Below the pieces are notes generated by a model. That model worked only from the letters and a program-made list of their open reading frames with translations. It had not been told where the DNA came from and did not search any database. DNA of 64,000 nucleotides from Prionailurus viverrinus. Taxonomy: Eukaryota. The stretch spans positions 744,715 through 808,714 of the forward strand of contig NC_062561.1 in NCBI RefSeq assembly GCF_022837055.1, read 5' to 3'. Positions 43,076-55,711 of this stretch are shown here, piece after piece. The first letter of the stretch is position 1; each line of letters begins with the position of its first letter. Made by a program: the position numbers and the translations under genes.

Positions 43076-45540
43076 ATAAATACATAAATAAAGATTTAAA
43101 AAAAATTTTTTTTTCTTTTTAAAAGAGGTGAGACACGGTGGATGTGATGGGTGGCTGAGCTGCATCCCGCAGAATGATACATAAGCTGACAGGGATGAGC
43201 TGTGTGAGCGGAAACTGGAGTAAGATGTGTACTGACACCTGGGAGTGGGAAAGAGCACGGTGTGCTTACATTATGGTTTTACGTGAGTGGAATCAGATTT
43301 CTTCGAGTGTGTTTGCAGTTGTGGTTTGATGATTGTTTTGAATGGAAGGTTGCTAAAGCTTCCTACATATCTCCCCTTTAATTGCCCCTCTCTGTTTACA
43401 ACAGTTTTGTATTTGCCTCTCCTGGGGCCTAGCACAGTCTAGAATGTTCCTGTGGCAGTTCTAAATTCCTGGCCTAAGATGCTGTTAGGACATAACAGGT
43501 CCTGACATCACACGGCGTGTTAGTTCCCTGCACGGAGGGAGGCTCTGTCTTACTGCCCCCTTCCTAGATACAGGTTGGTGCAAGCTCTTAATCCGAGTAG
43601 GTGTTTCTTGGCCGTACTGAGTTTCAGCTGCATTTCCTGAGTCAGTGAGAGCACAGGTACAGGCTCAAGTTACCACTGGGCCTGGGCCTCAGTGTGGTCT
43701 TGAATCTTTGTACTCTCAAGGCCAGCATCACCTGTCCTCTCGGCCGAACTCACTCCTTGTGCTGCTGTTTCACTTCTGGTTCGCGGAAATGCTTATTTTG
43801 TTCAGGAGCCCTACTTTCGAATTTTAATTTTCCTTTATGTGTTCCTGTTGCCATATGTTTAGAGCAGAGGTGGCACCCCAAAGCATGAATTAAAACTTTG
43901 TCTTACTGCGAAATCACCGGATACATGCTGCACAGCAGATACTCGAGTAGTCAGGCGTGTGGAGGTGCACACAGGGCAGTGAGCGCAGACACAGGAATTA
44001 GGATGACCTAATCCTGAGAGCGTTCAGGAGCCACTAAGCTGGAGAAACATAATCAGAAGAAAGGTGACTGTTTTTAATGTCCCCCTAGGTCAGTAGGGGG
44101 AAGGAATTGGATAAAAGACCAAGAGTTAGCAGACATATAGGGGACATTTTTTAAATTAAGTGAAATAATAGTCTGTACCCAGGTAGTGACAGTGGAGATA
44201 GAAGTGGGTAGACCAGTGTTTTAAAGAGGTAGAATTCATGGGACTTGGTAATTGACGGCTATGCTTGTAATCCTGTTTGCTAATTTAGGGAACACAGACA
44301 GTATACAACGGGAGTGGGGTTGCATTTGAGCTGAAAATGCTCAGATGTTTCACATCGTGATCTTTCGCTTAGGAGAAGGGTGTGGGCTGTATATTCAGAT
44401 TCGGGCTCATCTGTGTAGACAACATGATTACAGCCCTAGGCTGAGAGTTGGGTCACCACTGAGATTTGGAAGGGAAAGAACGGTCAGAGAAGGCAGCCAT
44501 ATAGGAAAGACCAGGGGAAGAGGAAGATCAGGAGGGAGAGGTATCCTGAGTGAGCTGGCCCGAAGCATCTGTGGGGCAGAGAGGCCAAAGAACAGTGGGC
44601 TGAGAAGTTGGGAGAAAGGGAGAAATTGCCCTTGGGGGTTAGCACTGCAGAGGGTGTTGGCGCCCTCATCTGGGCAGAGTTTGTACTGGGTTTGAGGGAT
44701 GTGGGATTGCAGGGGCTGGGAAGGTGGATGCTGGATGTAGCTGGCACTTAGGAGTTGGTCTGAAAAGGAGGAAGGCAGTGCCCAGAGGGGAAGAGGTCGA
44801 GGGATGGTTTCTTGTTTCTTCCCAGAGAGGAGCTTAAGCATACGTAATAAACTGTTGTCTAAATTAGACTGCCTATAAATGTATTTAATTTTGTTTTTTA
44901 TTTTTTTGGTTTGCTTTGGTTTTTGTTTGTGTTGGGTTTGGGGGGGCACCTATTGTTTAAGCTTTACTTAGATTTAGTATATTAAATTGGTTTTATTGAA
45001 TGTGAGAATTAGAAGAAATAAACCTGGGGAAAGATTTTCAGAAATGTTTAAAACAAAATAAAAAACCTTTCATCTCAGAAATAATGTATAAACTTGATCA
45101 TTACCAGAATGTGAGGGTGTGGAGAAACCACATTCTCACCCCCTAATGTTGGGCATATGACTGGTCCCAGCAGGGGCCTCTCACCCTTCCTGCTAACTGA
45201 CATTGTGGGCCAGATCACTTGTAGGATGTGTCACAGCATCCCTGACCTCTGCACCAGGTGACATAGTACCCACCCTCAGGTGTAACAACCAGAAATGTCT
45301 CCATCAATTGCCTGAATTCCCCTGGGGGCAAAACCACCCCAGTGAGAACCACAGGGTTACATGCTTTTGAAGGGCATTTGTCAGATCTGTCACTAGATGC
45401 ATGCCCTTTGACCTAGCGATTACATGGCTTAGACACCTGCTCTGTAGAAATGCTGTCCCGCATGCTCAGTAGCACACGAGATGGCATTGTTCTTGTGGGA
45501 AAGCTTACCGGCTTGGCCCTGTTCCATGTACAATATATGT

Positions 45541-45900
45541 TATATATATTTTAACATTGAAACATATTGTCAAATTGGTTTCCGTACCACACCCAGTGCT
45601 CATCCCAACAGGTGCCCTCCTCAGTGCCCATCAGCCACGTTCCCCTCCCCCATCTGCATCAACCCTCAGTTTATTCTCAGTTTTTAAGAGTCTCTTATGG
45701 TTTGCCTCCTTCCCTCTCTGTAACTTTTTTTTCCCCCTTCCCCTTCCACATAAGAGTGAAAACATACGGTATCTTTCTCTGTATGACTTACTTCACTTAG
45801 CGTAACACTCTCCAGTTCCATCCACGTTGCTACAAAAGGCCGTATTTCATTCTTTCTCATTGCCAAGTAGGATTCCATTGTATATCTGTGTACAATATAT
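45541..45900 (-). mobile_element. L1 3'-end fragment, antisense (a paralog of the fragment at 12724-13115)
   Basis: TTGTCAAATTGGTTTCCGTACCACACCCAGTGCTCATCCCAACAGGTGCCCTCCTCAGTGCCCATCA...CTTCACTTAGCGTAACACTCTCCAGTTCCATCCACGTTGCTACAAAAGGCCGTATTTCATTCTTTCTCATTGCCAAGTAGG. Confidence 0.85.
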
Positions 45901-46606
45901 TATTTTAATTTCAGCCTCAGTGTCGTGAGGCAGAAGTACCGTTATCCCCTCTTGACAAGTGGAAACAGTGAGACTCAGAATTAAGGGGTTTACTTGAAGT
46001 CACAAAGCCGGTAAGTAACAGAGACAGGAGAGAGCCTGGATGTAGGTCTTTTTACTCTAGAAATGGTCTTTGAACTGCATCCAGCTCCATCTTAGATTTG
46101 CTGGATTCAGATTTGTATCTGTGCTTAATTAGTCTCCTTTAAAGCAGCTTCTAGGAAAATCATGAAATTACTTTGTGATGCTAAGAGAGCTCCCTTAGAG
46201 ATTCCCAAGAGGATCTCACTTGTCTGGGTGCTAAGGTATCGGCTGCTAGGGCACAGGACTTGGTCTGAAGAGTGGAGCACGCCAGAGCTTAGGCCTGGTG
46301 TTTGTTCTGTCTTGGGACAGAAGTACCTTTCTCAGACTTGCCCGTTTCCCCAGGAGTCAGGGAGGAGATTGAATATAGCACAGATTTCGGTACTGTTCGT
46401 GGACTAAAAGGAGCATATGCCACCTGTCGTTGATGTCACAGTTTGTAACCGTGGGTGAGACCTGATAACCGTGTTCTCCCCCCCCCTCTGACCTTCTGTC
46501 CTCTTCTCGAAGAACACCTGGGCTCACGTGTGGAGAAGGGGACAAACACTGCTGGGTAGTTCTCTTATTTTGCAGTTAAGTGATTACTACTTCTTTCCTG
46601 TCATAG

Positions 46607-46761
46607 GCCTGTAAAAGAGGAAATTCTGATATCGTACGACTTGTAATTGAATGTGGAGCTGACTGCAATATTTTGTCAAAGCACCAAAATAGTGCCCTGC
46701 ATTTTGCGAAGCAGTGTAACAACGTGTTGGTGTACGACTTGCTGAAGAATCATTTAGAGAC
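46607..46761 (+). CDS. MPHOSPH8: MPHOSPH8 exon 10 (ACKRGNSDIVRLVIECGADCNILSKHQNSALHFAKQCNNVLVYDLLKNHLE.), ankyrin repeats
   Basis: The acceptor is cttctttcctgtcatAG|GCC and the donor GAGAC|GTAAGT. The length is 155 nt, running from phase 0 to phase 2. It matches human except Q(S to C)NN. Confidence 0.93.
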
Positions 46762-48119
46762 GTAAGTGTGCGTGAATGTGCCATGGTTCAGTCACAGAGT
46801 CGTCTTGGACACGTCATCATTAGAGGTGTGGAACAGGAAAAGATTGTCGAGTGGAAGTCCTGCCAGGTTTCCGTTCTCAAAAGCTCATACGTTTAGTAAG
46901 TGCCATATGAGTTGTTTTTCCGCAAGTCCTTGAGGTCCTCAGACTTTTAAACTTAACACAGTCTTGCCTAGGAGTAACTCCTTAAAACCTTAATTATGCT
47001 TGTAATTTGGCTTACGGACATTTTCTCAAAACTGCGTAAGCTGTAGTTGTTGCCTTTTTAATAGACATAATTTTTAGAGCAGTTTTAAGTCACGGTGAAG
47101 TTGAGCCGAAAGCCCAGAGGTTCCTAAATACCCTCTGTTTCCACACATGCACAACTTCCCCGCCAACTTCTGTCGCCAGAGTGGTGTATCCACTGAACCC
47201 AGTGAACCTGCATGGACTGTTCTCGTCCAAACCCCCTGGTTTACCTGAGGGTTCACCTTGGTGTTGTGCAGCTTGGGGGTTTAACACATTGTAATGACAT
47301 GTGCCCACCATTGGTGTCATTCAGAGTGCCACTGCCCTGAACGTCCTCTGTCCTGCTTATCCCTTCCTACCCCCTCACCCCTGGCAACCACTCGGCTTTT
47401 TACTTTCTCTCTAGTTTTGCTTTTTCCGGAATGTCATGCAGTTGTAATCCTGATGCTTGCCTTCTTCAGATGGCTTCTTTCTCATAGTAGTAGGCATCGA
47501 AGATCCTTCCATGCCTTTTTTTTAATGTTCACTCGTTTGTTTGAACTCCAGTATAGTTGACATACAGGGTCACACTGGCTTCAGGTGGATGGTGTAGTGA
47601 CCCAGCAAACCCGGTGCCCCTCCGTGACGAGTGTACGCTTTTTCCCGGTCACCTGTTTCAGCCTTCCCCCTACCAGCCTCCCCTCTGGCCACCACACTTC
47701 GTTCTCTGTAGTTAAGAATGTGTTTTTTGGTTTGTGTCTTCATTTTTCCTTGGTTTTGTTTCTTCAGTTCCACACATGAGTGAAATCGTATGGTATTTGT
47801 CTTTTTCTCTGACTTCACTTAGCGTAATGCTCTCTAGCTCCACCCATGTGGCTGCAAGTGACAAGACATCGTTCTTTTTTATGACTGAATAACATTACAT
47901 TGTATATGTATTCCACATCTTTATTCATCAGTCGATGGACCAAGAGTTGGGCCGCTTCCAAAATCTGACTGTTGTAAATAACGCTATAAAAACATAGCCA
48001 CCTCCGTCCTCCGTGTCTGATGGCTTGATAGCACATTTCTTGTTTTACTGAATAGTATCGCATTGTCTGGATATACCCCAGTTTATCCTTCCAAGGTCAT
48101 TCTTTTTCAAGCGAATTAT

Positions 48120-48296
48120 TAGTATTATTTTTCTTTGTTAGAGAGAGGACAAGTGGGGAAGAGAGAGAGAATCTTAAGCAGGCTCCATGCTCAGCACGGA
48201 GTCCAACCCTGGGCTTGATTCCACAAGCCTGGTATCGTGACCCGAGCCAGAATCGAGAGTTAGATGCTCATCCAGCTGAGCCACCTAGGCATCTCT
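48120..48296 (-). mobile_element. Truncated, diverged carnivore SINE, antisense
   Basis: ...GGCTTGATTCCACAAGCCTGGTATCGTGACCCGAGCCAGAATCGAGAGTTAGATGCTCATCCAGCTGAGCCACCTAGGCATCTC. Confidence 0.7.
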
Positions 48297-49230
48297 TTTT
48301 AAGTGAATTCTAAATCATTTTATTCTAATTAAAAGTTCATGCAAGTCATTCGGTAGCTTTTTCACTTAATTATTTTGGCAACACATAACAGAAACTTCAC
48401 AAACAGTAGGTAACACAAGTAAGGTGTTTATTGTTCATGTAACAGGAAGTCTGGGGGTAGGCAGCCTTCGGCAGGAATGGCCACTCTTCCCCTCTCTTCC
48501 TCCTCCACCACCAGCCACGCTCAGGGTGTGACTCGGATCTTCGTGACTGCACAATAGTTACTCCAATTCCAGTATCAATATCCTAAGCAGCAAGTAAGGT
48601 AAATTTCAGACGAGACAAAAAACAGAACGAAAGGGCATGTGCGTGGTGAGTCTGCCGACATCGGCGGCCTTTGCCGGAAGCCTTCCCCAGCTGGTAATTT
48701 TTGTGTGTCTGTGATCCAGCACACCGGACTTCTCCTCCTAAAACCAGAATGTCCTGGGCAAACCAAATGAGTCGTTTAAAAATATTTTCTGAATTAGCAC
48801 TTCTCAGTTCATTCGACTGCTTTCTAAACTAAGTACTATAACAAGGCGTGTGTGTGTGTGTGTGTGTGTGTGGCAGTTTTTGAATTTATTAATAGAATTC
48901 TCATTTTCATAGACAAATAAGTCCTGAGTGCTGTCCGTGTACCAGGAACTATTCAGAAGACTGGGAAGATGGAGACAGCAGTGAGGGAGAAAGATTTGCT
49001 CTCTTACAGCCTGAATCTCCATGTGACAGCACAGACAGTAAGACACATACATAGTGTGTCAGATGCTGAGTGCTAAAGGAAAGTGCAGAGAGGGAATGAT
49101 GAGTAGGAAGTTAACGTGTTTTTTTTTTAAGTTGATTTGGGAAGGCCTCACCGGTATTGAACAGTTTGATGATAATGGACTCATGGTTATTTTCTACGTC
49201 AATATTAACAAGTCTGTTCCTTTTTGTTAG

Positions 49231-49385
49231 ACTTTCAAGAGTAGCAGAAGAAACAATAAGGGACTACTTTGAGGCACGTCTTGCTCTGTTAGAACCAATC
49301 TTCCCAATAGCATGTCACCGTCTCTGTGAGGGGCCAGATTTTTCAACGGATTTCAATTATAAACCCCCACAGAACATACCAGAAG
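49231..49385 (+). CDS. MPHOSPH8: MPHOSPH8 exon 11 (.LSRVAEETIRDYFEARLALLEPIFPIACHRLCEGPDFSTDFNYKPPQNIPE.)
   Basis: The acceptor is tcctttttgttAG|ACT and the donor GAAG|GTAAGC. The length is 155 nt, running from phase 2 to phase 1. It is near-identical to the human segment LSRVAEETIKDYFEARLALLEPVFPIACHRLCEGPDFSTDFNYKPPQNIPEG. Confidence 0.93.
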
Positions 49386-49679
49386 GTAAGCCTATGTTTT
49401 CTCTCAGTTTGAAAAGGGACACTTTAACTAATTTTTAAACAGTGTAGACCTCTTTCTGTGAACATAACTTGAACAGAGTCCCAGTATGTGTAATAATTCT
49501 GCAAAATGGTTAACAGCAGGGCTACTCTGGCAGAGAGAAACCCAGTTGCTACCCACCATCCTAGGTGATCTGGAGGGACCCACAGAGCACTGTGTTAGCA
49601 CTTGTTTAAAAAGTACGGAAGTTGGGGCAGCTCTTTCTGCCCACAGGTCCTGTCCCCGTACTTTAATAAAACCATTTCT

Positions 49680-49711
<32 letters not shown>

Positions 49712-49749
49712 GGAAGTTGGGTCTTAATAATTGTACTTGTTTGGTTTTT

Positions 49750-49957
49750 TCTTTTTTTAATGTTTATGTATTTTGAGAGAGAGTGCATGCGTGCACAAGC
49801 AGGGGAGGGGCAGAGAGAGAGGGCGAGAGAACCCCAAGCAGGCCCCCGTCTGGCAGTGCAGAGCCCAATGTGGGGCTTGAACCCATGAACTGTGAGATCA
49901 TAACCTGAGCCGAAATCAAGTCAGCACTTAACCGACTGAACCACCCACGCACCCCTA
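49750..49957 (-). mobile_element. Felid CAN-SINE, antisense, with target-site duplication GTTTGGTTTTTT
   Basis: TTTTTTTAATGTTTATGTATTTTGAGAGAGAGTGCATGCGTGCACAAGCAGGGGAGGGGCAG...CCGACTGAACCACCCACGCACCCC. Confidence 0.88.
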
Positions 49958-50288
49958 GTTATACGTTTGGTTTTTTTTTTAATTGAGTTTTATTAAAATT
50001 TAGTTAGCTTCAGGATTCTAAGCCCAGAGTGAATGTTTCTCCTGAATAAGCCAGTGTCTTGGCTCATCGTAAAGTTGAGTACCGAGAGATGGAAACTTCA
50101 GTTCTGCTTCCTAGGCTCTGCTTAACAGCTGCTTTGCAGGCAAGACCATGACCATGGCATGGCCTTCTCTGGGACACTGGGACACCACATGTTTAAATGG
50201 AGATAACACTATCTCTGCCGGAAAGTAGGAAGCTGGGCTTTTTCTTTTCTGTTAAAATAAAAACATCCATTTAAAAAATATGTATTCA

Positions 50289-50495
50289 GGGGCACCTGCG
50301 TGGCTTAATCAGTTAAGCGTCCAACTCTGGTTTTGGCTTAGGTCATTATCTCGTGGTTTCATGACTTAGAGCATTACGCCAGGCTCTGTGCTGACAGCAC
50401 GGAGCCTGCTTAGGATTGTCTCTCACTCTCTCTCTCTGCCCCTCCCCCACTCATGCTAGGTCTCTCTCAAGATAAATAACTTAAAAATTTTTTAA
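50289..50495 (+). mobile_element. Diverged carnivore SINE
   Basis: GGGGCACCTGCGTGGCTTAATCAGTTAAGCGTCCAACTCTGGTTTTGGCTTAGGTCATTATCTCGTGG...CTCAAGATAAATAACTTAAAAATTTT. Confidence 0.82.
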
Positions 50496-52018
50496 ATTAA
50501 TAAAATAAATCGTATGGATTCCTTAATGGAAATTTAATTAAAATATAGCCATGAAAATTTCATACCATGAAAAGACATCTATTCATAATACCTGTGTTTA
50601 GTGACCTGGACACTGAAGAATCATTTGTGGTTTCCACTGTCCAGACGGTTAGTTCACATTGCTGGGTGGCGAGCACCAGGTCGGGGGTTGGGGTACAGGG
50701 ATGGGTGAGTTGAGCCCGGCGTCTCCCAGCATGCGTAACTCATGGGCCCCAGAGCACCAGGACTGCCTTAGGGTTACTGAGGGCTCTTTTCTGCACATGC
50801 ACAACGTCTGCAGCCAACAGAAATTTTCTGTTTCCAAAATCTCAAAGATGCCTTGTCGTCCTCAGACGGAAGATCCTGATAGGTTTTCCTGCCCCTCGCT
50901 AGCTCTTGAGAGATGCAAGACTCTCAGGCCCCGCCCAGACCTGACCCTCAGTCAACACCCTGGTGAAGTCTCCATTTAGGAGCACACTCAGCCCTGAGAA
51001 ACACTGACGTTGGGCTCTTGAGGAGACTGTACTTGTTCAACACCTAGTTTGGCTGGAGAAAATGTTTATATCGATACCGCAAAACAACTGCTGGCAAACT
51101 GATTAGAGTCCCCTGTGTCATTTTCTTCTGTGAAATTCAAGTATTTGTCAGAGGAGAGCAAATAAACACACCTCCCTTAGATCTCCTTTTGGTCAGAATA
51201 AACAGCACCTGAATGAAAGATTTTCGGATAGGATTTTCCCTATTGACCACGTGTCCCCATTCGGGCCATTTTGAAGAGTCACCACCCTCCTTTTCGGTGC
51301 AGTCAGTAATAAATACTCAACTCTTTGATAGTGGAGCTGACGGGAAAAAGACTGTAGGCCTTCTCTTCTTTTGAACCTCAGCACTCAGGTGAGTGGGGGG
51401 GTGCATTTTAAAGCTAGAGAGCAAAACCAGGATGTCAGACCTTAAACAGCTTGAAAGGAAAGGTAAGAGGGCCAGGGGCTCTGTGTGTCCTTCTTTCCCT
51501 GGGATCAGGACAGATGGTTCCTTGGGGTCTCTTTTATGAAGTATATAATTGTTCTGGACCATTGTTTTTTTCTCTTGAAAGTGGCTTACGAGAAGGGTCA
51601 TGGAGTTCATTAACGCCTATTTTCTGTTACACTGGAAAGTATGGCTTATGTTCAAAGAAATGAGTCATGTGGTACAGTTCGGATATTCAATGAAAGCTTC
51701 AAACCTCATGTTCCTCCCCCCGCCTAGAATAAGTTTGGGTATTAACCGAAAAATCTGGAAAGAGCCAAATACCATGTGGAAGAAAATGGACAATCATTCA
51801 AACCCACACACAGAAACAGCCACCACAGAAGTTTGCTTCCATGGACATTTGCATTCCATGGACATGAATATGTATTCAGCTGCAAATTATAAATACCGCT
51901 ACTTTTTTAGACCAAAAACTGTTATGTAGAAAAGCGTATTTTTAAAATTTTGATTCATGAGTTCTCAGTAGGGATTAGACAGAAAATAAAAGGGATCTGT
52001 GGTTTGAAAAGTGCTGGG

Positions 52019-52205
52019 AGGGACACCTGGGTGGCTCAGTTAAGCATCTGACTCTTGCTTTCGGTTCACGTCATGAGCTCATGGTTCATGAGTTTGAGCC
52101 CCAGGTTGGGCACAGAGCCTTTGGAATTCTCTCTCCCCCTCTGTCTCTGCTCCTCCCCTGCTCACTCTGTCTCTCTCGCAAAATAAATAAACTTTTAAAA
52201 AATTT
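52019..52205 (+). mobile_element. Internally deleted carnivore SINE, about 190 bp upstream of exon 12
   Basis: GGGACACCTGGGTGGCTCAGTTAAGCATCTGACTCTTGCTTTCGGTTCACGTCATGAGCTCATGGTTCATGAGTTTGAGCCCCAGG...GCAAAATAAATAAACTTTTAAAAAA. Confidence 0.82.
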
Positions 52206-52395
52206 TTTCTAATGCCAAGTTTTGAAATTGGAGGACTGATGATTTGGTGTGAATGGGCACCGGGTGGGGTGCTGCTCCACCCAGGCACATTCCGGGGACC
52301 GCTTCCAACTTGTACGGGGTGCGTCTCCCTCTGAGCTGAAAGGTGGCCATGTTAGGAGTGGTATTAAAATCTGTGTTTACATCTCCCTTATTCAG

Positions 52396-52523
52396 GCTCT
52401 GGCATCCTGCTGTTTATTTTCCATGCAAACTTTTTGGGTAAAGAAGTAATTGCTCGGCTCTGTGGACCGTGTAGTGTGCAAGCTGTAGTGTTAAATGATA
52501 AATTTCAACTTCCGGTTTTTCTG
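52396..52523 (+). CDS. MPHOSPH8: MPHOSPH8 exon 12 (.SGILLFIFHANFLGKEVIARLCGPCSVQAVVLNDKFQLPVFL)
   Basis: The acceptor is atctcccttattcAG|GC and the donor TTTCTG|GTAAGA. The length is 128 nt, running from phase 1 to phase 0. It is identical to the human C-terminal region as I recall it. Confidence 0.95.
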
Positions 52524-53377
52524 GTAAGATTTTCTGTAGTTCGTTACTGAAAAGCACATTCTTCTGATCCAGAAGCACAGATGACGTTTAAATTGCTGTT
52601 TTAATAAAGTACGTTAATTTTAATTTAGTAAACCACTTGGAAATGAGGCAATAACCCATAATCATAAAGTAAAATTGTCCCACATTTTGTCAATGTAAGG
52701 CTGGATTTCTAAATGTTTGATATATATGCCTTAAGTTACATTTACCACGTCTTAGAAATTCTTAAGGTAGAAGAAACATACTGAGTTTAAAATACTCTGC
52801 CTTTTCCCACCGTTATAATTACAAACATTCACGTAAAGAAAAATTTGGAAATCTTAAAAGTATTCTGTTCTTCAAATACCCAGAAACACAACCACTAGTG
52901 TAACATGGGTGTACTTAGGCTGAGCTTTAGGCAACCATTGTACTGTAATTTTGCTTTATAATAACAAATCTATTAGTGGCTATATACATTTTTTAACATA
53001 AAAAAATGGTCTTGAAGAATCCTTGTATATGTTTCCTTTTCCACAGGTAGAATTCTTTCCTTAGGCTGAATTCAGCAAAATTAACTGGTTATGAAGATTT
53101 TTAACACTCAGGCTCTATATGGCTGGATACATGCTAATCCTAAAGATTTATCTGAGTATTGTTTTTTTGCAGATAAATCTTAAGCTTTTTTGTCATTTGT
53201 ATCTTTTTAATCAAGGGGAAAGTAGTCACAGGAAATTGCTTTATATAAATTAAAATACAAAACTGGTATTCTCTTCTACACCACTGGGAGTCTGAAAGGT
53301 TTTTGTTCTCTTAAGCTACAGTGATACTCTTAGACGTAGAAGTTTGAGGAAACACTGACTGTGGTCTTTCTCTCTAG

Positions 53378-53461
53378 GATAGCCATTTTGTTTACTCGTT
53401 CAGCCCTGCTACAGGCCTCAATAAACTCTTCATAAGGTTGACGGAAGCGCCTTCTGCCAAG
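53378..53461 (+). CDS. MPHOSPH8: MPHOSPH8 exon 13 (DSHFVYSFSPATGLNKLFIRLTEAPSAK)
   Basis: The acceptor is ctttctctctAG|GAT and the donor GCCAAG|GTGACA. It is 28 codons in phase 0. Human has SPVAGPNKLFIRLTEAPSAK. Confidence 0.93.
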
Positions 53462-54079
53462 GTGACAATCCTTTCCTCACATTTAGTGCAACTACTCACA
53501 TTGCTGTTCCAGCAGCAAGCCCAATGTGGGGCTCAGTCTCATGAACCATGAGATCATGACCTGAGCCGAAGTAGGTGCTCAACCAACAAAGCTACCCAGG
53601 TGTCCCTAAGCATCCAATGGTCGTGAGTTCACAAGCCCCACATTGGGCTCCACGCTGGATGTGAAGCCTACTTAAAGGGGGGGAAAAAAAAAGAACATAC
53701 AATGTGTTAGACATAATTGTGTGTCATAAATTGTGTGGAAAGATGAGAAGAATGCATCTCTCCAGTACGGAGCGGCTGGAGTTGTATTCTAGGCTGTTAT
53801 TTAATGGCCATATGTATGTCTCATAGGCTGCTCACTAAACATTTCTTTGTAAAATGAAGATGAACCAAAAAAGTCTATGTAATAAGTGGTAGTTATTTAC
53901 TATAATAACTTTAAGCACTTGGATTTATTAAAAGTGATAACCTAACACTTGAATTGATAATCAATTTGAGAACATTGCCAAATAAGAACTCTCGGCCGCG
54001 CGCGCGTTTTCCCTCCTCTAAGAAAGGGGGGCTCGGCAGAGGTGTTGGTGCTGCTACGTTGCCTCTTTTCTTTCAACAG

Positions 54080-54121
54080 GTGAAGTTGCTGATAGGCGCA
54101 TACAGGGTGCAGCTGCAGTGA
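54080..54121 (+). CDS. MPHOSPH8: MPHOSPH8 terminal coding exon (VKLLIGAYRVQLQ*), continuing into the 3' UTR
   Basis: The acceptor is ctcttttctttcaacAG|GTG. The TGA stop lies at 54119-54121. It is identical to the human C-terminus. Confidence 0.93.
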   Translation: MKLLIGAYRVQLQ

Positions 54122-55060
54122 CGGAACAGAGTCGGGACGGAGTCCTTTCCAGACCCGTTTTAGGACCCTGGCACAGCTAACACCTCCAGATTTGAAGTTT
54201 CATCTGTAAACCTCTTGCAGTTTCGGCTGGGTATCTGTTATGGGCTGTAAGATGGGACGTGGGGGTTCTAATATATTCTGAAATAGAAATGTATTTGTGC
54301 CAGTGTTCTCAAATCTCGATGTTGTCTCCAGACTGCATACTTCGGTTTTTCCACAATGTGGAATGGTATATAGAATTATTTAAGAAAATTAAAAGTCTCT
54401 TTTCTAACTTGAAATTTTCTACTAGGCCTGGTGAATTTCTGCATTAAAAGCAAGTCTGTGTATGCCAAGCACTAAGTAAGGGGCGAATTTGCTGGCCTCG
54501 AAGGATGACTTCTCTGACTTGGTAGGCAGGTTCGAGGGAGGCGGTGTGAGGTCTAATCTGCAGTTGCCACAGGTCCTGAATTGGAGGTGACAACTTTTTG
54601 TATTTGCAGTTACCTTTTATTCCGGGAAAAGATAAAAGAAGATACGACTCACGAACTAACTTTTATCCTTGTTCTTAGAATCCATCAAGTAATTTTTAAA
54701 AAGCAGATCCTGTGCCCTCGTTACGAACGCTGGGAAGGCAGCCGAGGTTTGTCCGCCACACTGGGCCTCATGTGAAGAGCTATCGTCTCCACAGATTCCC
54801 CACAGGTCTTAAATTCTCTTAGGAAATATTTGGCAAACTAGTAAGTCAAACTCCATCTGGACTACAGAGATGTATAAAATTATTTAGTTCCTGATTGGTT
54901 TTATAATTGTCTGAATTACAATTTTAATGAAAATTTTTCAAAAGGTCACATATTTGACCACATTGTACAGATATTTGAGAGAGCCGTTTTTACTTTACAG
55001 TACTCAAATGGCCTTTTCCTACAGTTTTCTCAATAAAATACCACAATGTTGGTCTGTTTT
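54122..55060 (+). other. MPHOSPH8: Putative MPHOSPH8 3' UTR (its end is uncertain)
   Basis: Repeat-free sequence downstream of the stop. Candidate poly(A) signals are ATTAAA at 54443-54448 and AATAAA at 55032-55037. Confidence 0.45.
55032..55037 (+). terminator. MPHOSPH8: Candidate polyadenylation signal AATAAA for MPHOSPH8
   Basis: ctcAATAAAataccacaatgttggtctgttttctttgtatctc, with a GT/T-rich downstream element. Confidence 0.3.
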
Positions 55061-55711
55061 CTTTGTATCTCAAGACTTCAGGGTGGATACTAATGTGTGA
55101 TATTTTTAACTAAATGACAGCTGGGATTGCAATTTTTTCAGCTATATTGAACCATGCACTAGTACTGTATCTAGTACTTTCTAGAAAAATCACAAGACCG
55201 AGCAGCAGTGGATAGGTCAGGAACAGCAAGGGAGACGGTACCTTAATCTAATACACACTAAGAGAAATGGGTTTTTAAAGAAAATTTGTTCTCTCAAAAT
55301 CATGCTGAAGACCTCCATCATCATCTTTATAAGAACACATTATTACAAGGTGATGTACTGTTGATCCAAGAGGTAAGGCCAGGCTAGGAACCAAGTAGAA
55401 CGATGAGTAATTCCTTCAGTAGGAGTTCAGGCTCAGAAGGGTGAAAGCTGTTAGAAGTCAGCAAGGAGAAAAAAAAAAAAATCTTTAACAGATGAAACTT
55501 AATTATAGGAAAAGTGGCAAGTTCTTTTGACAGAAGCGGGGTCAGGGAAGGAAGACGAAGTTTGAGCTTACTTGGAGTAACACCACCTTTGAGTTGTCCA
55601 TCTCAGCTTCGTGCCAGATGTGCTAGTAAATTCTGTAAACAGTTGTGTCTACCAGGAACGGAAGGTACAGCCACACAACTTAATACATTTTGCTCTAAAT
55701 TACAGCTTTGT

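Noticed and set aside
44428-44949. A 173-aa minus-strand ORF (P/L/S-rich) and an overlapping 116-aa plus-strand ORF in intron 9
   Set aside because: It is low-complexity, with no start context or splice signals supporting it and no resemblance to any family I recognize. The region is purine-rich on the + strand, so the ORFs are most likely chance.
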